64,000 nt of DNA from Candidatus Bathyarchaeota archaeon (GCA_963706285.1 CAVPLU010000003.1:1-64000); one strand, 5' to 3'; shown: positions 9,899 to 22,517, counted from the first letter of the stretch. The notes: generated by a model not told the origin, from the sequence alone. Numbers and translations are program-made.

Positions 9899-11591
9899 GT
9901 GAGATCGGACGCCATCAAGCAAGGTCCTGAGAGAGCGCCGCACCGAAGCCTCCTAAGAGCATGCGGCGTCAAAGAGGAAGATTTCTCAAAACCCTTCATT
10001 GGAATAGCGAACTCACAAGCAGACATCGTCCCCGGCCATGTTCATCTACACGAGTTCGGTGCAGTCGTCAAATCAGCAATTCGAGAAGCAGGCGGAGTCC
10101 CATTCGAATTCAACACCATCGCAGTCGACGACGGAATCGCGATGGGCCATCCAGGAATGAGATACTCGCTTCCAAGTCGAGAATTGATCGCCGACTCCGT
10201 TGAAACGATGCTTGAAGCTCACCAACTCGACGGAGTCGTATGCATCCCCAACTGCGACAAGATTGTGCCTGGAATGATCATGGGTGTGCTGCGCGTCAAC
10301 ATCCCGGCGATCTTCGTCAGCGGTGGACCGATGGAAACAGGTCGAACAAGCGAAAATGCATGCATCGATCTAGCCTCGGTATACGAAGGCGTAGGACGAT
10401 TTCAGGCAGGATCTCATCACAAAGAAGCAGCTCAACGAACTTGAAGAAAGAGCATGTCCTTCATGCGGATGTTGCGCAGGACTATTCACCGCGAACTCAA
10501 TGAACTGCCTCTGTGAAGCAATTGGATTAGCCCTCCCAGGAAACGGAACAATTCTTGCGAACTCTCCTGACCGGATTGAACTACTCAAACGAGCAGGCCG
10601 CCAAATCATGTCACTCGTCGCAGCTGACCTCAAACCCAGAGACATCATAACCGCAGAGGCGATCGACAACGCCTTCGCTCTAGACATGGCGATGGGAGGT
10701 TCCACGAACACTATCCTTCACACACTAGCCATCGCTAAAGAAGCCCAGGTCGAGTACCCGCTCAGACGAATAGACGAAATAGCAGAAAGAACACCCCAAA
10801 TATGCAAACTAAGCCCCGCATCCGAATACAGAATGCAAGACCTGTACCAAGCAGGAGGCGTCAGCGCCATCCTCAAAGAACTCAGCAAGAAAAACGGAAC
10901 CCTTCATCCAGAACAGATGACAGTCACTATGAGGACGCTTGGCGACAACATCTCCGACGCCAAAGCAGCCGACCTACACGTGATCAAATCAATCTCAAAC
11001 CCTTACAGCCATCACGGAGGAACTGCGATACTCTATGGCTCGCTGGCTCCAAAAGGAGCAGTCTGCAAGACGGGCGCAGTCGACCCTGCAATGATCAAGC
11101 ACAAAGGTCCCGCTCGGGTGTTCGACTCTGGAGACGACGCATCCAAAGCAATTCTTGAAGGCTCCATCAAAGAGGGAGACGTCGTCGTTGTACGATATGA
11201 AGGCCCAAAGGGCGGACCCGGAATGCGAGAGATGCTCACCTTGACCGCCGCGTTGATTGGCATGGGTCTCGGAGACAAAGTCGCGCTTGTCACAGATGGG
11301 CGATTCTCTGGAGCAACCCGAGGTGCATGCATTGGACATGTTTCTCCTGAAGCAGCGGCAGGCGGGCCGATCGCGTGCCTCAAAGACGGAGACTCAATCG
11401 AGATAGACTTGGAACGTCATCGTCTAGATGTGGACCTAGATCAAGGCGAGATCGAAAACCGCCTGAAGCGTCTGCACTACTCGCCGAGTGTGAGATCAGG
11501 GTATCTCGCCAGATACGCCGACCTAGTTGGTTCGGCTGACGAAGGAGCAATTCTCAAGCGATGCGTCGTCGGAAATCAAGGTGACACGTAA
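9899..11591 (+). CDS. ilvD: Dihydroxy-acid dehydratase (one frameshift near 10415)
   Basis: [39 protein letters not shown] across ORFs 9899..10444 and 10500..11591. Confidence 0.92.
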
Positions 11592-12508
11592 TGTCAAAGG
11601 AAGAACCGGAATTTGCATGGATGAACGGAGAGTTCGTTGAGTGGGAAAAGGCGAACGTTCCTATCCTAACTCATGCCCTCCACTACGGAACAGCGGTCTT
11701 CGAAGGAATAAGAGCCTACGAGACCGGTAACGGACTTTCGGTCTTTCGCCTGAACGAGCATATGCAACGTCTCAAAGAATCTGCGCATGCCTACATGATA
11801 TCCCTTCCATACTCAGTGAGCGATCTGTGTGAAGCAACGGTTGCACTCCTTGCCAAGAATAGATTTCATGATTCAACATACATCAGACCCATCGCCTTCA
11901 AATCCAGTGGTGTCCTCAAACTTGATTTCAGAAAGATCCCCACATGGGTTGCTATCGCAGCCTTTCCGTTCGAAAAATACTTCGAGAAGGAAGGTCTCGA
12001 TGTCTGCGTCTCCTCATGGAGGAGGACAAGTGAATCTTCCGTATTGCCCTTGGCAAAGGCGTCAGGGCCCTACATCAATTCCATCCTAGCCAAGGTCGAG
12101 GCTGCCCAAAACGGCTTTGACGAGGCAATATTCCTCGATCAGAGAGGATTCGTTTCAGAAGGCAGCGGACAAAACATCTTCATCGTGAAGAAGGGAATCA
12201 TTTACACCCCTCCGGTAACCGCAGCAATACTAGAAGGAATCACAAGAGATGCAGTGAGCATTATCGCACGTGAACACGAATTGCACGTTCACGAACGTGA
12301 TATTGCACGCGGCGAGTTGTACACGTGCGATGAAGCATTCTACGCTGGAACCGCAGCTGAAATTTCGCCAATACTCTCAATCGACAAGAGAGTAGTGGGC
12401 GAAGGACGAGTAGGCCCAGTAACCCAACGACTACGTGAACTGTTCTCAGAAGTTGTCCACGGAAATGACGAACGACATAGCCACTGGCTAACCCCCGTCT
12501 ATCACTAG
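11591..12508 (+). CDS. ilvE: Branched-chain amino acid aminotransferase
   Basis: HALHYGTAVFEGIRAY, EGSGQNIF, ILEGITR, GTAAE. Confidence 0.95.
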   Translation: MSKEEPEFAWMNGEFVEWEKANVPILTHALHYGTAVFEGIRAYETGNGLSVFRLNEHMQRLKESAHAYMISLPYSVSDLCEATVALLAKNRFHDSTYIRPIAFKSSGVLKLDFRKIPTWVAIAAFPFEKYFEKEGLDVCVSSWRRTSESSVLPLAKASGPYINSILAKVEAAQNGFDEAIFLDQRGFVSEGSGQNIFIVKKGIIYTPPVTAAILEGITRDAVSIIAREHELHVHERDIARGELYTCDEAFYAGTAAEISPILSIDKRVVGEGRVGPVTQRLRELFSEVVHGNDERHSHWLTPVYH

Positions 12509-12558
12509 ACCAGACGCGAAGACGAACTCTCTCTGACGCAGCTATCTAGGGCAGCACC

Positions 12559-13393
12559 CTAGAGAAACACAGCATCTTGCCTTTCGGCATCGTAGAGACC
12601 CGCCTTCAACATGCCTTCAATGTCACCCTTGAGATTCAAAAGTCTCGGGAGTCTTCCGATAGATCCGACGTATCTTCCTCTAACCACGAGCGCCCCTCTT
12701 AGGCCACGAATCTTCTCTGCAGTCTCTAACCCAGCTTGCACGGACGCTTCAACATCGTTTCCCTTAACCGCATTACAGATCGCGGTTGCTGAAGCATCAG
12801 ATAGCGCCGCAGTATCCGCCACGGCAACAGCAGCATCAGCTTCCCCGAACGTCAATGCGTGGCTCACTGAAGCAGAGCTAGTTGAGACGCCGACTGGACA
12901 ATCCTTAGACTCTAGACGAAAACCGATGCGTGCCGAAACCGGTGAGGGGCCTGCGTAGACTCCAACGTTCAAGGGAATTTTCGAGTTTGCCGCAATCTCT
13001 CCACCATTCTCGACAAGAGACACAGAGGCGCCACAAGACGACATGGCCTCTATTGCTAGATCTGCCAAAGCGCCTGGAACCGCAGCAAACGGTCCGACAT
13101 TCGCGGCAGAAGCCGCTTCAGATGCGAGTCGAACAATTCTGGCATCATGTTCTTCGAAGTCTAGAGGACTGAGTGCACATGACGAAAGCAGGGTCTTGTC
13201 TGATATGTTCCTCCAGCAAGGCTCTGTTGAGTAGAATGGATCCTTCTGCGGCTTGAATCGCTGCAGCCAAGTCACTGATGAACAGGAGATTCGACTGCTT
13301 GATGACTCTCCTAGTTCTGAAAAGGCCCCTTTCGAAGGAGATCTGTGGGTTGAGGAGAGTCATTGTCTTCTTCTCCGGATCTACATGGGCCAA
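12559..13393 (-). CDS. UPF0280 / ApbE-like protein (MA1715-type; frameshift near 13175)
   Basis: VGPFAAVPGA, VENGGEIA, STSSASVSHALTFGEADA. Confidence 0.8.
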
Positions 13394-13395
13394 GA

Positions 13396-13785
13396 CTAGG
13401 TCGAAGCGATCGCTCTGACAGGGCAGGTGTCAACACAGAGAAGGCACTTTATGCATTTGGCCTCGTCGAGCTCAACATCCCAGTTGGCGTTTTGTCTTAT
13501 CGCTTGAACCGGGCATGGAGAGACGCATGCGCCACATGAAATGCACTTGTCAGGATCGATGCGCACGGATGCTAGGATTCTGTCAACATGAACGCCCGCT
13601 TTCTCGAAGAGGGAGATCACCCTCTCAAGTTGCGCTCCTCTGACCGGTGCGTCGACTGTGACCTCACCGGTTGTCGGAGTGACCTTTGCTTCAAGTATGT
13701 TGAGCATGACCTTTGTGTCAAGCACGACCTGTGAAAGCACAGGGTTGGGTATCTTGCCCGTAGGGTAGCTTAGCCTAAGCTTCAA
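13396..13785 (-). CDS. NIL domain + 2x[4Fe-4S] ferredoxin (MA1822-type)
   Basis: [11 protein letters not shown] motif; [12 protein letters not shown] and [12 protein letters not shown]. Confidence 0.88.
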   Translation of the reverse strand: MKLRLSYPTGKIPNPVLSQVVLDTKVMLNILEAKVTPTTGEVTVDAPVRGAQLERVISLFEKAGVHVDRILASVRIDPDKCISCGACVSPCPVQAIRQNANWDVELDEAKCIKCLLCVDTCPVRAIAST

Positions 13786-14999
13786 CGAGAATCACCTCTC
13801 TCAGGATTTCTCGATACACTGGTCGAGGATGCGTGTCCTGACTTGGTCTCGAGTCTGTCCGCTTCTAGAGGTTTGAATTCTCTCCGCTCGGGAAGCAGTT
13901 CAGCTGGTCTGGAAAGCAGAAACTTCTCTTTCAGGACCCAACGTTTGAGTGTCTCAGCGATTTCTTTGGCGTACTTGAAACTTGAGAGTGGCGAGGTTGG
14001 TGTCTTCCGACCGTTGATGAGTACATTTCCTGACTTTAGCTCGGCATATGATGCGTCACAAACCGCGGGTCTGCCGCGCGACGGAACGCCATAGTCGAGA
14101 ACTGTTGTGTGTATATCATTATCAGTCAACGCGGCTGATTCAGCCACGTCCATATTCAGTATCGGTATCGGGATTCCGACTCCAACGTACAGCGTGGTTC
14201 CATATCTGTAGTAGGTGGCTCCTCGAAGGTACCGCGGGCTCATCCCCCTCAAGTCGCCTCTCACCATTATCGTGCCAAATTGAGTCTGTGGGCTGTGCTG
14301 GGTTCCTTCGCCGATAACGTATCCCAGACCTCCTCCGAGGAAGATCCTCGTGCCGATCCCAATCGTCTGGAACCCTTTGTCCTTGTAGAGTGGACTCAGT
14401 TGCCCGGCTCCGCTGTATGTGACATTGCCGAACTGTGGCAGGAGCGTTCCCATGTATGTGTGGATTATCTTGTCAGTGCCGTTTGTCGCCGCGTTGTAGT
14501 GCTGGTATGCATTTCGTGGATTGATCAGTGTCGCTTGATTCAGATCTTTTAGAGTGACTGTGGTCTCTATGTCTCTTCTTGGATAGCAATCCGTCCCGTA
14601 GGCCTCTCCGCGTAGATGAACCTCCTTGCCTCTGACCAGATCCTCGATAACGTGCCCTCCCCCATATTCGAAGCCTTGAGACTCGCTCGTCGCAGTCGCG
14701 CCTATGTACGCGTCAACGGCTGCTAATCCTTTGTAGGCGGGAACATCGTTGAGCCAGCAGCGTGACATCTTGATCGGAGGCTCAGAATGGCCAAAGTTTA
14801 GGAATGCCCCGGAACTGCACATGGCACCAAATGTTCCAGTTGTGACGACGTCGACTTCCTTTGCAGATGCCTCCAATCCGTTTTCTGCGACATGCGAAAT
14901 GAATTCATCTGCAGTGACTACGATTGCGTCGCCACGCTTGATCTTTGCATTGATCTCTTCGTAGGTTCTGAGTGATTCTGCTCCGACTTGTTTGGCCAT
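13782..14999 (-). CDS. Homocysteine biosynthesis protein / L-aspartate semialdehyde sulfurtransferase (DUF39, MA1821/MJ0100-type), no CBS pair
   Basis: [51 protein letters not shown]. Confidence 0.88.
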   Translation of the reverse strand: MAKQVGAESLRTYEEINAKIKRGDAIVVTADEFISHVAENGLEASAKEVDVVTTGTFGAMCSSGAFLNFGHSEPPIKMSRCWLNDVPAYKGLAAVDAYIGATATSESQGFEYGGGHVIEDLVRGKEVHLRGEAYGTDCYPRRDIETTVTLKDLNQATLINPRNAYQHYNAATNGTDKIIHTYMGTLLPQFGNVTYSGAGQLSPLYKDKGFQTIGIGTRIFLGGGLGYVIGEGTQHSPQTQFGTIMVRGDLRGMSPRYLRGATYYRYGTTLYVGVGIPIPILNMDVAESAALTDNDIHTTVLDYGVPSRGRPAVCDASYAELKSGNVLINGRKTPTSPLSSFKYAKEIAETLKRWVLKEKFLLSRPAELLPERREFKPLEADRLETKSGHASSTSVSRNPERGDSR

Positions 15000-15224
15000 A
15001 TTCTAGATGCCTTCGTGATTCTGCGCGAACTGTCGCTGTCTCGATTAAGGATTCTTGATAGAACTATTCCGATAGGAATATCGTTAGAGACGATCAACGC
15101 AGAGATTCGTGGTGACGTGCAGAGAGACAATCGGTCGTCGAGCGGTTAGGTTAACTGCCATTAGATGCATCTATTTGCGGCTTAGCAACAGGTGTGCGCT
15201 CGAATCTCTGGAGTTGGATAGGAA

Positions 15225-16635
15225 GTGAAGGATGAGAACCTGTCTAGACTGAGGGTTAGACTTCGCTCGGTCGATTCGGAACTCATTGCCGTCTTGGCTA
15301 GGAGGAATCGATTGGTCGGCAAGATCGGACGAGCGAAACAGAGACTCAAGATGGAAGTGATCGATCCGATCACTGAGAAATCCGCAATGGAGAACTTTGT
15401 CGCCTCCGCCAAGAAGGCTGGATTGGATGAGGGTTACGCAAGGCGGGTTGGAGAACTGGTCATCGAGGCCTCAGTAGATTCTCAGAAGCGACATAGGCCG
15501 TCTGCGGTTTCAAGCGACGCCACATTGAAACAGTTCGCAGAAACAATACGGGCAGCAGAGAAACTAGGCCGCAGACTGATCAGGTTCGATATCGGCGAAC
15601 CACGCTTCAGGACTCCGCGCATCGTGGTCAACGAAGCCAAGAGATGGCTCAACCGATCGCCCACAATGCTATACGGCTCAAGCGCCGGGCTAACCGAACT
15701 CACCGAGACAATAGCAGCAAAACTCAACGCCCAGTACGGTACGCGACTACGTCGCTCGAATGTTCTGATCGTTCCTGGGGGTCGCTTCGGAATTTTCGCT
15801 GCAATTCGAGCGACCGTGTCAAATCTTGACCGGGTGGTGGTTTGTCGCCCTGCTTGGCCAGCCTATGCGTCCTGCACGAGCCTAGTTGGCGGAAGACTCC
15901 TCCCCGTTGAGACTACACTGGAGGACAAATGGGAGATCGATTTTGCTGCTCTTGAAGACACACTCAAGCTCAAGCCAAAGATGCTCATCCTAAACACCCC
16001 CAGCAACCCCACGGGAAAGGTGCTTTCAGCAGATAGATTCGAAGAGGTAATCGAGCTCGCAGGTAAGTATGACACAACGGTTCTCTCAGATGAGGTCTAC
16101 GCAACTTACTGCACTACGACGCCACCTAGCATTCTCGATTACTCCGACAGTAAGGCGATCTACATCAACAGTCTCTCAAAGGAATTCAGCATGACCGGTT
16201 GGCGAGTAGCCTATACGGTGGCTGACGAGCAGACGATAGCAAAGATGCGCAACCTCGTTGAGATCACCCTTACAAACGTGCCTGAACTCGTGCAAAGAGC
16301 AGCGCTCGCCGCCCTCAAAGATCCGAGCAGTGAATCATCATCTGCCAGACGAAAAATTGCGAGATGCCTTCGCACAGCCTGCCACGAACTACGACGAGGC
16401 GATCTTGAATTTCACACTCCTGAAGGCGGATTCTACGTCTTCCCGAGAATGAAACGGAAACGGATTGACTCCGTGAAATTTGCGCAACACTTACTTGAGA
16501 AGTACTGCTGTAGGAGTCATGCCTGGATCCGTTTTCGGGGATTACAAAGACTTTCTCAGGCTAGCAGTCACTGAATCAGAAACCGCAGTCAGGACGGGCA
16601 TCAGACGAATTGTGAAGGCGATGAACGAATGGTAA
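15225..16635 (+). CDS. Chorismate mutase (AroQ) - class I/II aminotransferase fusion (frameshift near 16508)
   Basis: N-terminal LSRLRVRLRSVDSELIAVLARR..IGRAK; then NTPSNPTG, SDEVY, SLSKEFSMTGWR; shifted tail VMPGSVFG..FLRLA ends TAA 16635. Confidence 0.85.
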
Positions 16636-17541
16636 CTCGAGTGGCTATCATTGGTGCAGGAGGAATGGGTGCCTGGTTCGCTCGCTTGCTCAAATCGCGT
16701 GGATACCGCATCATTGTTGCCAGTCGTAATCCGAAAAAAGCCCGACGCCTGGCGTCGCAGCTCCGAGCGAAATCCGTGTCCACTAATGTCGAAGCGGCGC
16801 GGGGAAGCGATGTAATTATTGTTGCGACCCCCGCGAGCACTACTGTCGCGGTAATCAAAGAGATTCTTCCAGTCACACGCAAAGGAGCTCTAATCTGTGA
16901 AATCTGTGCTACCAAATCAGTCGTCACGCCAGTCCTTGCGAGCTGCTCAGAAGCGAGGAATTAGGACCGCAAGCATCCACCCCATGTTCGGGCCTCTGGC
17001 ACAGGGCGTACGGGGAAGAAGAATTCTCGTAATCAAGGCCCCAGGAGACATGAATAGTCGCAAGATGCTGAAGCGCATGCTTGAAGGCGCCGACGTCTTT
17101 TTCGCTCGCCAAGATGTCCATGACAAACGTATAGCAGTCACGGTTGGTCTATCCCACTTTCTCAATATGGCATTCGCCATGACTGTCTGCAAAGGAAGGA
17201 ATCTTGCCGAAATGCGCAAATTCGCTGGCAGGACCTATGACCTACAGATGTTGCTAGCAGAAGCGATCGCGCACGAACCGGAGACCACAGTCGACATCCA
17301 TATCATGAACAGAGAGTTTCGCCACATTCTAAGAGAATTTGAACAGAATGTTCGAATCCTCTCAAAGATCGTTAACAGCAAAGATCGAACCAAACTCCTG
17401 GCCCAGTACAAACGTGTGAGTGGCAATCTTGCTGCCGATCCGGAATTCGAGTCGGCACCAACCACTTTTGAAAGAGTCACAGAGGCGCAATCCGCAGGCT
17501 CAAGCAGGCGGAGCCCCGTAAATGCCCGTGGGGGTCGCTGA
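16629..17541 (+). CDS. tyrA: Prephenate dehydrogenase (frameshift near 16940)
   Basis: IIGAGGMG Rossmann motif, SIHPMFGP, HDKRIA...SH. Confidence 0.85.
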
Positions 17542-17543
17542 AC

Positions 17544-18377
17544 ATGTCTAGACCTAGAGTGCGCGTTGCCTTCCAAGGAGAGAAGGGCAGCTACAGTCAT
17601 GAAGCTTGCGAACGCTACTTCGGAAGCCGCATCGAAGTGAAGCCCTTCAGAACGCTGAGGGAGGTTTTCCACGCCGTCGAACGTGGATCACGCATCTTTG
17701 GACTTGTGCCGGTCGAGAACTCATACGAGGGAGGCATCAACGAGACATACGATCTGTTAGCCAGCACCACATTGAAAGTCTGCGGCGAAACCCAAGTACG
17801 CGTGAGACATTGCCTTATTGCAAAACCTGGAACCAAGCTTCGCGACGTAACGACGGTCTATTCCCACCCGCAAGCGTTGGCTCAGTGTGCGAGATATTTG
17901 CGTGCTCACAAATTGGAGGCTGTGCCGGCCTACGACACAGCAGGTAGTGTGAGAATCGTCAAGGCTATGCGCTCGAGAAATGTAGCTGCGATCGCGAGCA
18001 AACGTGCTGCAGAACTGAACTCGATGCAAGTGATTGCTGAAGGAATCGAGGACAGCGATGTGAATTATACGAGATTCCTAGTTCTGGGGAAGAAGGTGCC
18101 TGCTCGATCAGGAGACGACAAGACCTCGATCATTTTCGGAGTAGAACACGCGCCAGGGTCTCTGTATCGATGCCTCCGAGTGCTTGCATCAAGACGGATT
18201 AATCTCATGAAGATCGAATCTAGGCCTGTCAAGAATACGCCGTGGCAATACAACTTCTACGTCGACTTTCACGGGCACGTAAGAGACAAGCAGTCTCAAG
18301 AAGCGCTTAGAGACTTACGTGAACGAGCGACCTTCGTGAAGGTCCTCGGATCCTATCCGAGGGCAACGTCCAGTTAG
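17544..18377 (+). CDS. pheA: Prephenate dehydratase with ACT domain
   Basis: FQGEKGSYS, PVENSYEG, SHPQALAQC, NYTRF, KIESRP, LGSYP. Confidence 0.95.
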   Translation: MSRPRVRVAFQGEKGSYSHEACERYFGSRIEVKPFRTLREVFHAVERGSRIFGLVPVENSYEGGINETYDLLASTTLKVCGETQVRVRHCLIAKPGTKLRDVTTVYSHPQALAQCARYLRAHKLEAVPAYDTAGSVRIVKAMRSRNVAAIASKRAAELNSMQVIAEGIEDSDVNYTRFLVLGKKVPARSGDDKTSIIFGVEHAPGSLYRCLRVLASRRINLMKIESRPVKNTPWQYNFYVDFHGHVRDKQSQEALRDLRERATFVKVLGSYPRATSS

Positions 18378-19474
18378 CGCTTCTTTAGAACGGGTTGGAT
18401 CAAGCCCGCACGTAATGAATGATCGGCCAACACGATCGCCATCATGGCTTCAGCGATTGGAATTGTTCTAGGGACGACGCAAGCGTCGAATCTGCCCTTG
18501 ATCAATAATGGTTCCTCCTTCATAGTCCGAAGATTCACAGTAGTCTGTGGCATGGCGATCGATGAGGGTGGCCTAAGGGCGATTCTGCACACTATCGGTT
18601 GGCCATTGCTGAGGCCGCCAGTGATCCCTCCAGCATTATTGGTCAGGCTTTGAATTGCCTGGCCGCGCACCGCTAAGCGGTCGTTGTACTCTGAACCCAT
18701 CATCCTAGCGGATTGGAATCCGGCTCCCACTTCAACCGCCTTCACGGATGGAATCGAGAACAAAGCCTTGCTAAGGTCACCATCTAGGCTATCAAACACA
18801 GGTTCTCCCAAACCAACCGGAACACCAGTCGCAACAGCCTCGACAACGCCTCCTAAGGTGTCGCCTCGTTTCTTAGCGTCCGCAATCGCCTCAACCATTT
18901 TCTCCGCTGCCTCCGAATCAGCGCAGCTCAATGCGTTGCCACGGGACGCTCTCGCTTCGTCTCCTGGCGGGACCTTCTTCGCTCGTATCCCGGCGATTTC
19001 TACAGTATGAGCGTACACCTGAATGCCAATTGTGCTGATCAGTTTCTTCGCGACCGCCCCTGCCGCCACAAAACCAACAGTGACTCTGGCGGAGAATCGG
19101 CCGCCGCCTCTGTAATCCTCATTCCCACCATACTTGAGTCTAGCAACCAGATCCACTTGCCCAGGTCTCGGAGTATACTTTCTCTCCTCATATGCCTCTG
19201 AACGCGTGTCCAGATTGGGGACTGAAAGATGAATTGGAGCACCGGTCGTATGATCGTTGAATATTCCAGATGAGACTTCCACTTGATCGGCTTCTCTGCG
19301 CTCAGTCGAGAATTGTTCTCCGCTAGGTTTCCTTCGCTGTAATTCCCGCTGGATATCGTTCACGGGCAGTTCGAGTCCAGCTGGGCATCCATCTATGATG
19401 ATTCCGACTCTCGGACCGTGGCTTTCGCCAAAACTCGTTACGACGAATCGTGCGCCTAAGGAATTTCCCGTCAA
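18374..19474 (-). CDS. aroC: Chorismate synthase
   Basis: SFGESHG, RGGGRFSAR, NNAGGITGGLS, GRFDAC. Confidence 0.93.
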   Translation of the reverse strand: MTGNSLGARFVVTSFGESHGPRVGIIIDGCPAGLELPVNDIQRELQRRKPSGEQFSTERREADQVEVSSGIFNDHTTGAPIHLSVPNLDTRSEAYEERKYTPRPGQVDLVARLKYGGNEDYRGGGRFSARVTVGFVAAGAVAKKLISTIGIQVYAHTVEIAGIRAKKVPPGDEARASRGNALSCADSEAAEKMVEAIADAKKRGDTLGGVVEAVATGVPVGLGEPVFDSLDGDLSKALFSIPSVKAVEVGAGFQSARMMGSEYNDRLAVRGQAIQSLTNNAGGITGGLSNGQPIVCRIALRPPSSIAMPQTTVNLRTMKEEPLLIKGRFDACVVPRTIPIAEAMMAIVLADHSLRAGLIQPVLKKR

Positions 19475-20746
19475 TTTTCTCTCACACTTGCTCCTAGCAA
19501 CTGGATATCATACCAGAATGATGGATAGGACTTTCCAACACATTCGGCATCAACTATCGTGACTTCTCCGGTTAATAGGCCGAGTAGAGCAAACGCCATC
19601 GCTATCCTGTGATCGCGGTGAGGATCAATGGTGGCTTCGTGCATTTTGCCTCCTTGGACGGTGAACGTATCTTCCGATTCCTGGGTTTGAATACCCATCA
19701 GTCTGAGCCCTTCAGCTCATTGCTTGGACTCGGTTGGACTCTTTGATTCTGAGCCTCCGAATGCCTTTGATCGTGCTGGTACCGTGCGCAGCCGCACACA
19801 ATGCACAGATGACCGGGAACAGATCCGGGGAGTCTGAAACATCGAATTCTCCGGATTGAAGCTGTGATCTCTGTGTAGTTATGGAGTCCGAGCCTCGCTT
19901 CACTTGAGCCTTCATGAGTTCAATGATGCTCAATATGCAACGGTCGGCCTGTCGGCTCTTCTCGTCAAGGCCACGGATGCTCACTTTGTCGCCAGCAATA
20001 GTGGCACCTGCCAACAGGAATGCAGCAGAAGACCAATCGCCCTCAATCTCCACCTCAGAAGCGCGATATGTCTGCGGACGGACTCGAAAGTCAGTCAAGC
20101 CATCATTCGCCTCAACTTGGACGCCGAAATCGCGTTGCATGTCAAGCGTCATCTGGACATAGGCTTTGGACTCTAGGCGTTCTGTTATTTTGACTTCGAC
20201 CGGTTTCTCTGCCAGAGGAGCCGCCAACAGCACAGCCGATACGTACTGGGAGCTGACGTTTCCAGGAATTGTGATGGATCCGCCTTTGATCGGTCCTTTC
20301 ACATGAACCGGCGGATAGCCGAGATCGGATGTGCAGTGTGCCCCGAGCTCTCCAAGAGCAGCTGCCAGATCTTTGACGGGTCTTTTGAGTAGAGAGGGCT
20401 CACCCGAGATTTCTATGTCGTGGGGAGTGGTTGCACAAATGGCGGTCATGAATCTGAGGGTGGTTCCTGATTCTCCGCACATGATCACATCTGATGGGAG
20501 TTTCAGTTCGCCGGATCGGGTAACTCGGGCGGTGCCGGCGCCCCATTCGGTTGCCACGCCAATCCTTGAGAGTGCATCAGACGTTGCACGCGTATCATCG
20601 CAAGAAAGCGGCGAACGCAGCGTGCTTTCACCCTGAGCTAAGGCTGAGCAGAACAGGGCTCTGTGAGTGTAGCTCTTCGAAGGCGGTACCCGTAGCGAGC
20701 CGCTCAGGTTGCTCTTCTGTACTGTCATTCTCAATGATGCTAGCAC
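19471..20746 (-). CDS. aroA: EPSP synthase (frameshift near 19715)
   Basis: PPSKSYTHRA, GESGTTLRF, SSQYVS, RIKESNR, DHRIAM, KSYPSFW. Confidence 0.9.
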
Positions 20747-20747
20747 C

Positions 20748-21626
20748 TCATGGTTTCGCGGTTAGCCCTGGCAATGACGGGCGACTTCGTGTCTTCGATA
20801 CCAGTATCTCGCCATCATGTCTTTTCAACACGTCTATGACCCGGGCCTTGCATTCATCATTCACTACGAAAGCACGGGCTGGGCCTTTTCCGGATACGCC
20901 GGCTGCCAACGCACCTGCGTCCATGCTGTCCAAGATTACATCTCTGGGAAGCTTCAGAGCGTCCGAATAGACTAAGCCGTTGAGTGTCATCGCGTTCCAG
21001 TATTTGCCAGCAAGGGCCAACTCGTGGGCGACTTCTATCTGCTTGGCAAATGTCTTGATTCTTGTGAGATCAACATCGACCGAGTATGCTTTCTCTCGCG
21101 GGACGAGCAGCAAGACTTGGTGGTCTTCTATTGGATATGTTCGTAGGATCTTTCGAAGCGTGTTATCTGTAACAACAACGTTTCCGTACAATGACGCTGC
21201 AGCATCATCGAACGCACCGGTCACACTCACTTTCGCCTCCAGACTTGCGTTTACGACCAGGTCTAGAATCTCGTTTGGTTGCAGTTGCTTCTGAAGTGCG
21301 GCTAGGGTGGCGAGGGTGATTGCATTGCCTGCGACGCTGCTGCTCTTCAAGCCTCTCGCTATCGGGATATTGGACTCTGTCTCCACTCTGGCGCCAAGTT
21401 TCTGCATCCCAAAGCGCGTGAACACGGCTTGAACACATTTCTCCGCTAGCAGTGTCTTTTCTTCCATGTCGCCGAGTATTCTGGTTTGGATGGTCGCGTC
21501 GTCGGTCAATGTTACCTTCGCTTTGGTCCAGAGATCGATTCCGAAGGCGGCGCCTTTGCCAGTTGCCATCGCGTTTACAATTGTTACCGCACCGTACGCT
21601 GTTGCTTCTGCACTCAACTCATTCAC
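20748..21626 (-). CDS. aroK: Archaeal GHMP-type shikimate kinase
   Basis: GAVTIVNAMATGKG, IPIARGLKSSS, VTGAFDDA, GVSGKGP. Confidence 0.9.
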   Translation of the reverse strand: MNELSAEATAYGAVTIVNAMATGKGAAFGIDLWTKAKVTLTDDATIQTRILGDMEEKTLLAEKCVQAVFTRFGMQKLGARVETESNIPIARGLKSSSVAGNAITLATLAALQKQLQPNEILDLVVNASLEAKVSVTGAFDDAAASLYGNVVVTDNTLRKILRTYPIEDHQVLLLVPREKAYSVDVDLTRIKTFAKQIEVAHELALAGKYWNAMTLNGLVYSDALKLPRDVILDSMDAGALAAGVSGKGPARAFVVNDECKARVIDVLKRHDGEILVSKTRSRPSLPGLTAKP

Positions 21627-22517
21627 ACCTGCTTTGCCTTGAGTGCAGCTGCGTGCATCACGTCGATCGGAGGCTTTCGACCCGTCCAGAGTTCGAAGGA
21701 CAATGCTGCTTGACTAACTAGCATGTCTAGGCCGTCGCTGACTTTCGCTCCTACGCTTTGTGCATCGGCTAGGAAACTGCTCTCTTGATGATAGTTCGCG
21801 TCGAAGACGATCATTCCCGGTCGGACTAACCTCTCATGGGTCAGCATCTTGGCGAAGCGCGGAAAAGCTTGTACAGGCAATGTATTGATGAGAATGTCAC
21901 TCTCGCTTGTTTCCTTCCGCAGGTTAGCATTGCTTCAGCTGGTAGGATCGACACTTGTTCCCACTCCAGCGAGTGATCTCGCTTGCCAGACCTGAGCCCT
22001 TAGCTCGAGTGCGGTTGAGAATCGATATGCTCGCGACCGTCTTCGAAAGATAGTAAGTGATAGCTCGTGCAGCTCCTCCCGCGCCTAGAATTGTGGCTTT
22101 CGTGCCTGACAACGATCCGCCTAGCGTCTGTAGTACTTCCAGTGCTGCTTGGCCATCAGTGTTGTATCCTCGAAGACCGCGGCTCGATGTGGTTATGGTG
22201 TTGACTGCGCCGATCTCACGAGCGGTCTTCTCGATCGTATCTAGAAAACGGATTACACTGGTCTTGTGAGGTATCGTCACATTGAGACCCACTATTCCGA
22301 GAGCCCTGATCCCCGCTATTGCTCGTGCCAGCTCGCTTCTTCGAACATGAAAAGCGACGTACACGAAATCCATGCCTAGCGATCTGAATGCCGCGTTATG
22401 AATTGGCGGAGATAACGAGTGCTCGATAGGATCTCCAATGACCGCACAGACCCGCGTTCCTCCACCGATCCCAGGCAATTCCTTGAGCATCGGCGAGGAC
22501 TCCAAGGAACCGTTCAA
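21623..22517 (-). CDS. aroE: Shikimate dehydrogenase (frameshifted near 21860-21930)
   Basis: HSLSPPIHN, NVTIPHK, GAVNT, NTDG, GAGGAA, GLDMLVSQA. Confidence 0.9.
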
